Origin: Planctomycetota bacterium
Lineage (GTDB): Bacteria; Planctomycetota; Phycisphaerae; UBA1845; Fen-1342
Assembly (NCBI GenBank): GCA_036729165.1
Contig: DAIMSQ010000004.1
Location: forward strand, 8,125 to 71,257
Length of the DNA: 63,133 bases
Reading direction: 5' to 3'
Part shown: piece by piece, positions 28,496 through 38,164 of the stretch
Position numbering within the stretch: position 1 is the first letter of the stretch
Layout of the letters: each line of letters begins with the position of its first letter
Position numbers and translations under genes: made by a program
Notes under the pieces: generated by a model
What the model was told of the DNA's origin: nothing
Seen by the model: the letters and a program-made list of their open reading frames with translations, nothing else
Databases searched by the model: none

Positions 28496-29365
28496 TCAGC
28501 GGCTTGCCTTGGCCGCTTCATTGAGCCGGCACTGGTGGCCGGCGTGCTCTGCGCGCTCCAGCGAAATCTGTTCCTGCTTGCGATACGTGGTCAGACGGTC
28601 CGACAACTCGGCGAAGTTGACCAGGTGGCCGTCGAACTCCGGCCCGTCCACGCACGCGTACTTGGTCTTGTCGCCGACCGTCACCCGACAGCCGCCGCAC
28701 ATGCCGGTGCCGTCGATCATGATCGGGTTCAGCGAGACAATCGTCTTGATCTCGGCCGAGCGGGTCAGCTCGCAGACGGCCCGCATCATCGGCACCGGAC
28801 CGGCCGCATACACGACGCCGATCGGCCGGCGCTTGTCGGCCATCAGCTCACGCAGCTTGTCGGCCACCGTGCCTTTGAAGCCGTAACTGCCGTCGTCGGT
28901 GGTCGCGTAGACCACGTTCGAGACTTTGCGCAGCTCATCTTCGAGCACGACCAGCTCTTTCGTCCGGCCGCCCGTAATAGATGATACGAAGCAGCCGACC
29001 GCCTGCAGGGCGCTGGCCAGCGGGTAAATAACCGCCGTGCCGACGCCGCCGCCGACCAGGACGGCGTGGTCGACGCGCATGATCTCGGTCGGGTGCCCGA
29101 GCGGCCCCATCACGTCGGCGATGGAGTCGCCGGCTTCCTTTTTGCAGAGCTCGCGCGTGGTCTTGCCGATTGCCTTGACGATCAATTCGATCGTGCCTTC
29201 GTTGCGGTCGGCGTTGGCCATCGTCAGGGGGATGCGTTCGCCGGTTTCGTGGAGGCGCAGGATGACAAACTGTCCCGGCTGGCGGTGCTTGGCCACCAGC
29301 GGGGCCCTGATGCGGAACCACTTGACGTCCGAGGCAAGCTGCTTGGCATCCAGAATCTTGAACAT
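28496..29365 (-). CDS. ferredoxin-NADP reductase-like small subunit (NfnA / SudB / PyrK-like)
   Basis: Start at MFKILDAKQL (29365) within ORF 28496-29572. FAD/NAD-binding fold. C-terminal 2Fe-2S motif CGGCRV...C. Confidence 0.75.
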   Translation of the reverse strand: MFKILDAKQLASDVKWFRIRAPLVAKHRQPGQFVILRLHETGERIPLTMANADRNEGTIELIVKAIGKTTRELCKKEAGDSIADVMGPLGHPTEIMRVDHAVLVGGGVGTAVIYPLASALQAVGCFVSSITGGRTKELVVLEDELRKVSNVVYATTDDGSYGFKGTVADKLRELMADKRRPIGVVYAAGPVPMMRAVCELTRSAEIKTIVSLNPIMIDGTGMCGGCRVTVGDKTKYACVDGPEFDGHLVNFAELSDRLTTYRKQEQISLERAEHAGHQCRLNEAAKASR

Positions 29366-29562
29366 ACGGGCTCCGTGGCGGGTGCCATGGGGACAGGTCA
29401 ATCCCACTCCACCCGCCTTGATTTGCTGCAAGTGCCGTACCAAGGCGATCCTATCCGATGTCTGAAAACCGGCGTGCCTGAAAACACTGTCATGTCCGCC
29501 GGTGCGAAAATTTCCCCAGCCAGGCGCAAATATGACCGCGGACCGGCCCGCGCATTGGGGGC

Positions 29563-32500
29563 TCACCTCCAACCTGGACCTCGGATTTCCGAACGGTTAC
29601 CTGATACGGGCCTATCCGGCTGCAAGGAGGGCGTCCGCCACCTCCTGCCAAAGCTGGGCGCGCGACGGGTCGGGCAGTCCGACGGACACGAAGGACAGGC
29701 GCCCGTGAGGCACAGCACGAACGGGTCTATGTCAAAGGAATTCACGGTGCCGTCACAGTTGATGTCGGCTCGATCACATGAACAGCCCGGGTACGGCGTT
29801 CCGCTCACCAGGCAACTGATGAACGGGTCCAGGTCGAACGAGTTGACCAACCCGTCGCAGTTGACATCGCCCCTTCGGCCGACGGACAGCGCAGCTGGCG
29901 CGCTGATGACCTCACCACAGTCGTTCCACACTATCACCCAGTATTCTCCGCTGTCCGCCACACCGGCGTTCGATATGGCCAGACTCGCGGTAGTAGCGCC
30001 GCTGACCGTCCCGCCGCCAATGCTGGGCCCATCGGCAATCAGTTCGCCGTCTCTCAGCCACTGATACGCCGGGACCGGCGTCGCAACGCTGCGAACGACA
30101 AAGATCGCGTCGGCGCCATCCAGGAGCGATTGGCTTTCGGGCCCTTCGATGATTGAGGGTGCGCGCCGCCCATCCCAGAAGGCAATTCGCGATGATGCCA
30201 CGCCGCCTGCCTGGCTGAAGTTGCCCCCTCCCACAACTTGTGGCGCCAGGGGCCCGACGTCGTCGGGATCCCACGTTGCGAGGGCATATGGCTGGCTGCT
30301 AAGGCCGGCTCCGAAGGGCCACCAGGAGCTCCCGTCCCAGCGGGCGATGCGGCTTGCGGGGCTGCCGCCAGCCTGCGTGAAATAGCCGCCCACCACGAGT
30401 TGCGGAAGCAGCGCGCCCTCGCCGTCAGGATCCCAAGTTGCAAGCGCGTAGACCGTACTGTTGACGCCGCTGCCGCACGGTTGCCATACGGACCCGTTCC
30501 AGCGGGCGATACGCGACGCCGCAGCGCCGCCAGCCCCCGTGAAATCACCGCCGGCAACCAACTGCGCTGGCAGCGGACCCGCGCCATCAGGATCCCACGT
30601 AGCTAGCGCCCGAACGTAATTGGTCACGCCGGTACCAAGCGTCTGCCATGCTGAGCCGTTCCAGCACGCGATGCGATTGGCCGTGCTGCCGTCGGCTTGT
30701 GTAAAGGCTCCTCCTGCCACGAGCAACGGCGGCAGCGGGCCATCTCCATCCGGGTCCCAACTCGCCAGGGCGTATACGGTGCTGTTGACTCCGCTGCCAC
30801 ACGGCTGCCACGCGACCCCATCCCAGACGGCAATGCGCGACGCCGCGTTGCCGCCAGCCGTCGCGAAATCGCCGCCGGCGACCACTTGCGCCCAGAGCGG
30901 CCCGTCACCATCGGGGTCCCACGTTGTGAGTGCCCAAACGGTGTTGTCCAGCCCTGTTCCCAGCGGTTGCCAGGCCGCCCCATCCCACATAGCAACGCGG
31001 TTGGCTGCGCTGCCGTCGGCCTGCGTGAAGCTACCGCCGGCCACGACGTACGCCGGCAGAGGCCCGTCATCGCCATCGGGGTCCCACGTGGTGACGGCAT
31101 ACGCGTACCCACTAAGACCCAGTCCGAAGCGACGCCAAGCGTTCCCGTTCCAACTGGCGATGTAGTTCGCCACAGTGCTGCCAGCCCTAGTGAACTGCCC
31201 GGCGGCGACGAGCTCGGGCAGGAGCGGGCCACCCCCGTCTGGATCCCAGTTTATCAGCGACCGGACTTCCGCGTAGGTTCCACTCATCCCAGCCCCGCCT
31301 ATCGAGCACCAAGCGGATCCGTCCCACCGTGCGATGTAGTTGACGACCGCGGAGCCAGCCTGACTGAACTCGCCTCCTGTCACGACTTGCGCGACGCCGG
31401 TGCCACCACAATCCCACTCAACAAGCGCGTGGACCCTGGACGCCACGCCGCTCGAAAACGCTTGCCAACCAGACCCGTCCCAGCACGCAACCCGGGTCGC
31501 GGGCTGTCCCGTTGCAGGAGTGAAGTCACCCGCTGCCACCAGGCGCGCCGGAGCCCCGGCACTCTCGTGCCACAACGCCAGCGCGCGAATTGAACTGTTC
31601 ATTTCCATCCCTGTACCAAAGGCCTGCCATGCTGACCCATCCCAGCGTGCGACGTGGCGAATCATGGTGTTGCTACTGCCGATGTACGTAAAATTGCCAC
31701 CGACCACAAGCTGCGGGTGCGCCGGCCCTGCGCCATCGGGATCCCATGTCGTGACGGCGTTGACCGTGCCGTTGAGCCCCGCCCCCAGCGCCTGCCAGTT
31801 TGACCCGTCCCAGCAGGCGATGCGGCTCGCAGCGCCGCCCCCGGCATGGGTGAAGGATCCCCCCGCCACCAGGAGCGGTGGTTGCGGTCCCTCGCCATCC
31901 GGGTCCCACGTCGCGAGGGCATAAACCGTGCCGTTGACGCCCGTTCCAAGCGGCCGCCATAGCGGCTCGTCCCAGGTGGCGATATACGGCAGGCTGACAC
32001 CGCCGGCCTGCGAAAAGCTGCCGCCGGCAACGAGTTGCGCGGGCAGCGGTCCGTCGCCGTCAGGGTCCCAGTTCACCACCGCGTTTACACGGGAATTGAA
32101 CCCGGGCCTCACGAATCCCGGGAGCCAATCGGGGCACGGGCAATCCTGGCATTCGTCCGGAACGCCATTGTGGTTGCAGTCGAGGCTGGTGCCGGCTTCC
32201 ACATCGCACTCATCGGGTGTGTGGTTGCCGTTGCAGTCCTGGCTGACGCCGGAGCTGATATCGCATACATCCGGAATCCCGTTGTCGTTGCAGTCCGGCT
32301 GGCATTCATCCGGTACTCCATTCCCATCGTAGTCCAAACTGAACCCGGAACTCACGTCGCAACTATCCGGCACGCCATTGCCGTTACAGTCGCTGCTCCT
32401 GAGCATCTCCAAATCACACGAGTCGGGCAGGCCGTTGTCGTTGCAATCAGCGCTGGGCACGAAACCGTCAAACTCCATCGCCTCATACGCGGAAGTCGTA

Positions 32501-33977
32501 GCCGCCCGCCACAGGCTGAGGTGTGCGCCGTCGTGTCCGTACAGGTTCAGGTCGCGCACCTCGTACGGGCCGTCGATGCCGTGCGCGCCGATGTGGGCCC
32601 CGGCGAACTCCAGCGTCAGTGTCTGAAGGCCGCTCACGAGAGGTACAGGGTTCGATATGCACTGAAAATAGGCCCCGCAGTCGGCGACGAGGCAGGCGCT
32701 GCAGGCATACTCATCGGCCGCGCGCGCGTAGAGGCCCAACGTCACCTGCAACCGGTCGAAATCGCCGTCAGTGTCGTCGTCGATCGCAACGTCGCTGACC
32801 TCCCCGGTCAGGTAGAGGGGTGGGCCTTCAAACTGGCTAAGCAAATATGCCTGTGTCTGCTGCGATAGGTCGTGCAGCGCATCGGCCGGCACGGCCCCCT
32901 CACTGCTCACGTACATCAGGTCCGCCTCGCGAATCGTGTATGGCCCGTTCTCGCCCGTTGCCAGGATAGCCGCCGCCTGGATGCACGCGGTCATGCTTTG
33001 CGGACCGCCGGCCAGCGTCGCGTAGCCATAGGCCCGCAGCGGCTGGCCGGTGGCGGTTTCCAGCATGATGCTCAGGATGTAATCGCCCGCGGTGATGATC
33101 GAAATGGGCGCGGTGATGCACAGACGGTCGTACAAGCCGTTGCCGTTGGTATCCACGCCCTGGTCGGTGAACGCCCCGCTGCCGAAAGTGGCGCTTTGCG
33201 CGACGACCCGGACTCTGGCGCTGGCCACGCGCGCGAAAGGCACTTCGTTGCTCGTCAGCCCGGTGATATCCGCGACTGCCAGGTACTCGCCCACCTGTTC
33301 AGCTAGGAACACGGCGCTGTACAGCCCGTCGCCGACGGCGTGGTCGCCGTCCTCCCCGTTGTCCAGGAGCGCGATCGTAACGGAATCTCCCACCGGCGGC
33401 TTCAGCCAGACCGAAACCTCGGCCCCGCTGACCGGTGCCGCATTCTCGAAAACGAACGCGGTCAGCACCGGGGCTGTCCCCTGCGTCACTACGGGGTCTA
33501 ACGCCAACAGGTTACAGCCGACGGCGCTGTCGGTTATGAGCTCGATGATAAGCGCCGCCTGATCGGAAAGGCCGCCCGGTGGGGCGTACAAGTTCACAGT
33601 ATAGCTTCCGGGACCAGCCAGGGAAATACGTATATGTAGTGAAACCCTGGTTGATCGCAGGGCGACATGATGAAGCCGCTGGGAGCGGGCGGGCCTTCGC
33701 AAAATTGGAAGCACCCATAGTACGTCTCGACGGTTTGCTCGTTCAGCAGCTCGCCGCCCGGCCCTATGATCTCCGTGGCAACATCGTTTGCTGTGGAGGC
33801 GATCAGAATCTGAACCTCGGTAGCCTCGTCCACGTCAAGCACGACGGTGTCCGAAGGCACGTCAGGCGCCAGGCGCGCGACGGCAACTTGCGTCGAAGTC
33901 AGGGCAAGCTCGGCTCCCAGCGCACAAGTCGCGGCTCCCAGTGCAAACGAAACCACCACGATCACCCGCGCGCTCAT
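29563..33977 (-). CDS. giant secreted repeat protein; reading frame as given is broken (-1) near 33600-33640
   Basis: Signal-peptide ORF 33977->33594 (MSARVIVVVSFALGAATCALGA) overlaps the 1383-aa body ORF 33714->29563 in the -1 frame. The body has five CNxNGxPDxCD repeats and about a dozen ~55-aa WDPDGxGPxxPxLVxGGxFxxAGG...W..LG repeats. It also has an Ig-like domain and two dockerin-like DxNCDGxVNSFD motifs. Confidence 0.7.
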
Positions 33978-34017
33978 TCTCGTCACGCGCACCTTCGCGC
34001 ACTCGCACTCGCAGTCC

Positions 34018-34934
34018 TCATGGAGTGGTCTCCTCCCCAAGGTCAACCCGAACAATGCACAGGCGGGTATAGTGAACGTCCCGATATATTACATAGCGCC
34101 CGTCCGGCGACCAGCAGGCGTCCAAGGCGTCCGGATAGGATACCAGCGGCAGACGAACCGCCTCTCTGACAAATGCGCCGTCCCTCAGGCGAACAACCTG
34201 ATGATAATGCTGGCCCTTGGAGCCGAAGTTGCCCAGGAACCCGACCCGCGTGTCAATGATTGGATCGTCGGCGGACAGGACGGCCGAGAATTCGCCCGCC
34301 TGATCAGACCAGCACCGCACAACTGCCCGCCCTGCTGTTTCCAGAACCCGCCTCTCATAGCGCAGCACGTGCTCACGGTCGTCCAAAGTCACCTGGACCG
34401 CCGGTTGCGATGTTGTCCGCGCTCGCCACCCGCAGCCGATCAGCCCACAGTCGCAGATGACCCCCGTAGCCGCGTTCCAGTCTTGCGCCCTCGTCGCTTG
34501 TAGCGTGCGCGCCCCGGGGTCGTAGCGGTAGACGTCGTCCCTCGGGCAGCGGACTATGAAGTCCGCGTCTTCGTAATCGACTTTCAGTCGCTCATCGGGC
34601 GTCAGTACGCGCATTAGGAGGACGTCGCTGCCGTCGTTCTCCGCGCGGATGAGCAGCGAGCCGAATCTATACCACAAGGGCGTTTCGAAGCACGCCACGT
34701 GAGACGGCGGATCCTGAGCGGGCTGCTGCTCGTAGCGTGGAGGTGCCGGACAGCCCCCATTCGCCCGGGCGTCCACTGCCCCATCGCCACCGGGACCACG
34801 ACGCGAGTGCTCAGCAGTAGCGAGACGATCAAACGCCGGAACACTCCGCGAGACGTCCAGACCGGCCGCACTCCGGCCCATGTTGACAACCTGTGAACCT
34901 CTCTCACCCACTCTCCGACTCTCGCAGCTCTCAT
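34018..34934 (-). CDS. secreted hypothetical protein, tandem paralogue 1 (frame broken after signal peptide)
   Basis: ATG 34934 has a GGGAGGAG SD and an ATGA overlap with the upstream stop. It gives ...RRLIVSLLLSTRVVVPVAMG in one frame. The protein-like body (CFETPLWYRFGSLLIRAENDG...CWSPDGRYVIYRD) is in the -1 frame (track ORF 34018-34959). Confidence 0.6.
34458..34794. repeat. 337-bp block, one mismatch to 35371-35707
   Basis: Direct alignment by eye of the two paralogue 5' regions. The offset is 913 bp and the flanks are clearly more diverged. Confidence 0.85.
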
Positions 34935-35799
34935 CGCCTGGTCTCCTCCCCAAGGTCAACCCGAACGATGCACAGCCGGGTAAAGTAAACGTCGCGGTAT
35001 ATTACGTAGCGCCCGTCCGGCGACCAGCAGGCGTCCAAGGCGTCCGGATAGGATACCAGGGGCAGACGCAGCGCCTCGCCGACAAAAGTCCCGTCCCTTC
35101 GGCGGACAATCTGATGGTAATGCTGGCCCTTGGAGCCGAAGTTGCCCAGGAATCCAACCCGCGTGTCAATGATTGGACCGTCGGCGGAAACGGCTGCCGC
35201 GAATTCGCCGGTCGGGTCCACGACGGATGCGACAACCACTGGTCCCGCTGTTTCCAGAATCCGGCTCCCATAGCGGAACACGTGTTCGTTGAAATCCCAC
35301 CCCGCCATGACCGCCGGACGCGATGCCGCCTGCCTTCGTTGCCCGCAATTTGGCAAGCCGCAATCGCAAATGACCCCCGTAGCCGCGTTCCAATCTTGCG
35401 CCCTCGTCGCTTGTAGCGTGCGCGCCCCGGGGTCGTAGCGGTAGACGTCGTCCCTCGGGCAGCGGACTATGAAGTCCGCGTCTTCGTAATCGACTTTCAG
35501 TCGCTCATCGGGCGTCAGTACGCGCATTAGGAGGACGTCGCTGCCGTCGTTCTCCGCGCGGATGAGCAGCGAGCCGAATCTATACCACAAGGGCGTTTCG
35601 AAGCACGCCACGTGAGACGGCGGATCCTGAGCGGGCTGCTGCTCGTAGCGTGGAGGTGCCGGACAGCCCCCATTCGCCCGGGCGTCCACTGCCCCATCGC
35701 CACCGGGGTCGCGATACCGATGCACAGAAGTATCCAGAGGATCCCCCTCCTATGCCCATGACCTGGCGCGCACGGTGCCAAGGTGCCGATGTGCATCAC
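34931..35799 (-). CDS. secreted hypothetical protein, tandem paralogue 2 (frame broken after signal peptide)
   Basis: GTG/ATG 35799/35796 after AGGAG gives MMHIGTLAPCAPGHGHRRGILWILLCIGIATPVAMG. The body is in the -1 frame (track ORF 34931-35725) and is about 65-100% identical to paralogue 1 depending on segment. Confidence 0.6.
35371..35707. repeat. 337-bp block, one mismatch to 34458-34794
   Basis: See the partner repeat. Confidence 0.85.
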
Positions 35800-35808
35800 T
35801 TTGCTCTC

Positions 35809-36329
35809 CTACTTCAGGTCCCCAAGGGCCTGCTCGGCCGCCTTCAGCCACGGTGCCACAGTTGACACGCAGTTCGCGTCGGCGACGCTGGCATGATTGC
35901 GCGCGCCCACCGGTCCCGCAGGACCGCTGAACGTCGCGCTGTTGGTGACGCGCGGAGCCAGACTGCGGGTTCCTAACGCGCTGGGTATCGAGACCATTAT
36001 GTCGTTGCCAAACGGCCCGCCCGCTGATGCTCCAGAAAACTCAGCCCGCTTGATGCCAAATGTGCTCCTGATCGTATATGACACGCTGGAACAGTTCCGC
36101 AGGATTTGGTACATGGTGTCAGCAGTGGAAGGCCACAAGAGGTACCCACTTTCGACGCGCATTTCCCACGATTCATCGGGGAACCAGTTGCCGCTGGCGG
36201 CGCCCACGACTGGTACCGCCCGGGCTCATCGCACGGATCGTCATGATCGTCCGCCCAGGCGACCGCGCAGAAGGCTAGAACCATGCCTGCGAAAATCCCT
36301 CGTCGCACCCGGTTTGCAACCCGTCTCAT
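35809..36329 (-). CDS. small secreted hypothetical protein (frame broken after signal peptide)
   Basis: ATG 36329 after AAGGAGAG gives MRRVANRVRRGIFAGMVLAFCAVAWA|DDHDDPCDEPG. The protein-like body with higher GC3 (GAASGNWFPDESWEMRVESGYLLW...) is in the -1 frame (track ORF 35809-36207). Confidence 0.6.
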
Positions 36330-36599
36330 CCTGCCTCTCCTTCGAGAACCCGCGCCCGGCTACCGCGCAGCCCGGCTATTCGTGTGAACTGTTTCTACTA
36401 TTATGAACAGCGGCATCGCAGGTGTCAAGCAACCACTCGAAGGCCGGTTGCGCCGAGAAGCACATAACGGTCGCGGCGGTCACCTTGCAACCGGCCCCTG
36501 TGGCGAACTTGACCCCGGAGTTCGACGCTGGGCAATGTGCTGCGCTGACGCCCGGCCTGCGCCGTCGCCAACCCCTGCGTCGCCTACGGATGGACGCCG

Positions 36600-37643
36600 C
36601 TATGCGCCATGCCGTGCCCCTGGCTCCCCTTCCGCAGTGCCGCCCTGCGGGCCGACGCACGGCGTTTCCTCAGTCGACGCCTGCGCGTGGACCGCATCTG
36701 CCGCCGAGCGAACGATGTAAATCGGGCGCTGCTTGACCTCTTCGTACAGCCGGCCAACGTATTCGCCCAGTATCCACAGGACGACCAGGTTCACTCCACC
36801 CAAGGCCAGGACGGCCGCCAACGTGGACGCCCAGCCCGGAACGGTCCGGTCGGTGAAGAAGTACGCCCCGAGGACGAACAGCAGATACAACGTCGCGACG
36901 ACCGAAACACACGCCCCGGCCAATCCTGCCAGCCGCAGCGGCAAGGACGAAAACGAGAAAACTGCATCGCCCGCCAGGCGGAGCATGGCGCCCCAGGAGT
37001 ATTTCGAGCGCCCGGCGTGCCGCGGGGCGGCGTCGTACAGGATTTCGCGCCGCGTGAATCCGATCCACTGCACCAGACCGCGGTTGAAGCGACAACGCTC
37101 GGGGCAGGCTAGGAATGCGTCCACCGCCGGGCGAGACATCAGCCGGAAATCCGAAGCTCCGGGCGTGACCGCCAACCGCGAAACCGCTGACAGCAGCCGG
37201 TAGAACGCCCGGGAGCCGGCTCGCTTCAGCGGGCTTCGGTCCGCGGGCTCCCGCCGCACGGCTTGAACAACGTCGACTCCCTCATCCCACGCGGCCACCA
37301 GTTGTGGAATGAGTTCCGGCGGGTGCTGGAGATCGCCGTCCATGGTGATGACGGCCGCACCGCGCGCCTGCGCCAATCCGGCCACCAAAGCAGCCTGATG
37401 TCCGAAGTTTCGCGAGAGCCGCACCAGTCGCACAGCCGGGCAATCGACGGCGGCGGCGGTGATTCGGCTGGCGGTTTCATCGCAACTGCCATCGTCCACG
37501 AACAAGAGCTCAAATTCGCGGTTCAACGCCTGCAGAACGCGGAGAGTACGGTCCAGAAAGGCCGCAACATTCGCGGCTTCGTTGTACACCGGGACGACGA
37601 CGGACAGAATTGGTCGAAACTGGGCCGAACGCATTCGATCCAT
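36600..37643 (-). CDS. family 2 glycosyltransferase (polyprenol-phosphate sugar transferase, GtrB/ArnC/DPM1-like) with C-terminal TM helices
   Basis: 347-aa ORF. SVVVPVYNEAANV and LLFVDDGSCDET motifs, then two TM segments (LAGLAGACVSVVATLYLLFVLGAYFF, LAAVLALGGVNLVVLWILG). Confidence 0.85.
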   Translation of the reverse strand: MDRMRSAQFRPILSVVVPVYNEAANVAAFLDRTLRVLQALNREFELLFVDDGSCDETASRITAAAVDCPAVRLVRLSRNFGHQAALVAGLAQARGAAVITMDGDLQHPPELIPQLVAAWDEGVDVVQAVRREPADRSPLKRAGSRAFYRLLSAVSRLAVTPGASDFRLMSRPAVDAFLACPERCRFNRGLVQWIGFTRREILYDAAPRHAGRSKYSWGAMLRLAGDAVFSFSSLPLRLAGLAGACVSVVATLYLLFVLGAYFFTDRTVPGWASTLAAVLALGGVNLVVLWILGEYVGRLYEEVKQRPIYIVRSAADAVHAQASTEETPCVGPQGGTAEGEPGARHGA

Positions 37644-37699
37644 GTTACGGCGTGGGCCGATTTCGTGCAGCCCGGGCGTAAATTTTCTTGTTGACTCTC

Positions 37700-37729
37700 T
37701 TGACAGAAGTGCCCATAGGTCCGGATTAT
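37700..37729 (+). promoter_or_regulatory. sigma-70-like promoter TTGACA-N18-GATTAT (a second TTGACT lies at 37691)
   Basis: Read directly in the AT-richer divergent region between the GT2 gene and the micropeptide array. Confidence 0.4.
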
Positions 37730-37736
37730 GTTTTTT

Positions 37737-37785
37737 GGTTGGGTTTGCGCGGTCCTGCCATTGTGGCGGGAACCAACCCTTTTTT
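37737..37785 (+). terminator. terminator-like hairpin flanked by T-runs, upstream of micropeptide a
   Basis: The stem is GGTTGG...TCCTGCC-ATTGT-GGCGGGA...CCAACC. It is followed by CTTTTTT and preceded by TTTTTT. Confidence 0.5.
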
Positions 37786-37811
37786 CAGTCTCGCAGCAAT
37801 GGAGAAGCGCG

Positions 37812-37886
37812 ATGGATTTTTGGGGATTGTTGATCTGGATCGGAATCGGGGCACTCGTGTTCTGGCTGTTCACGCAGGCCGTCTAA
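37812..37886 (+). CDS. micropeptide a, 24 aa, single TM: MDFWGLLIWIGIGALVFWLFTQAV
   Basis: GGAGA SD 6 nt upstream. GC3 is 19/24. Followed by hairpins (37892-37907 and 37917-37940) and a T-run at 37954-37960. Paralogous to b and c. Confidence 0.55.
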   Translation: MDFWGLLIWIGIGALVFWLFTQAV

Positions 37887-37973
37887 CAGGAATCCGCTGG
37901 CGCGGATGAGAAGCATGGCCCCCGCCGGTTTGCGGGGGCCGCTTTGACCTGCCTTTTTTTCGAAGGAGTTCAA

Positions 37974-38060
37974 ATGTTTGGTGGATGGATTGAGTTGCTG
38001 TTCTGGGGCGCAATCGCCGCGGTCATTATTTTCATTCTCACCGGCCAGGCGGCTGCCTAG
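37974..38060 (+). CDS. micropeptide b, 28 aa, single TM: MFGGWIELLFWGAIAAVIIFILTGQAAA
   Basis: AAGGAG SD 5 nt upstream. GC3 is 20/28. Followed by hairpin GCTCCCCA-TGCATG-TGGGGAGC (38123-38144). Confidence 0.6.
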   Translation: MFGGWIELLFWGAIAAVIIFILTGQAAA

Positions 38061-38164
38061 GTGTAGAAGTGCTGGTACGTCGCGGTTGCGACTTTATCCA
38101 GTGACAAGCGACTTCTGAACGAGCTCCCCATGCATGTGGGGAGCCTAATGTGAAGGAGGACAGC

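Noticed and set aside
29563-29700. The Arg-rich C-terminal tail of the giant protein (…CPTRRAPSFGRRWRTPSLQPDRPVSGNRSEIRGPGWR), considered as a second frameshift.
   Set aside because: No alternative frame with protein-like continuation is visible after the last dockerin-like motif. The tail may simply be read-through to the first stop, so the evidence is insufficient either way.
34614-35799. Track ORFs 34614-34934 and 35527-35799, considered as independent small genes.
   Set aside because: Beyond the signal-peptide part they become Arg/Ser-rich and identical to each other because they lie in the converted block. They are better explained as the displaced N-termini of the two paralogues.
33600-36230. 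A shared CCC-(G/T)GG-C motif at the four frame-break regions, and CCCGGGCG also at the amidohydrolase break (12801-12808). Considered as a programmed frameshift signal or a methylation-linked systematic sequencing error.
   Set aside because: The same CCCGGGCG occurs in frame in the intact genes pepD (18535-18542) and the kinase (7753-7760). Longer C/G runs next to CCNGG are intact elsewhere, for example 34511 and 23748. The motif is not a canonical -1 slippery heptamer. It is kept only as a note inside the frameshift finding.
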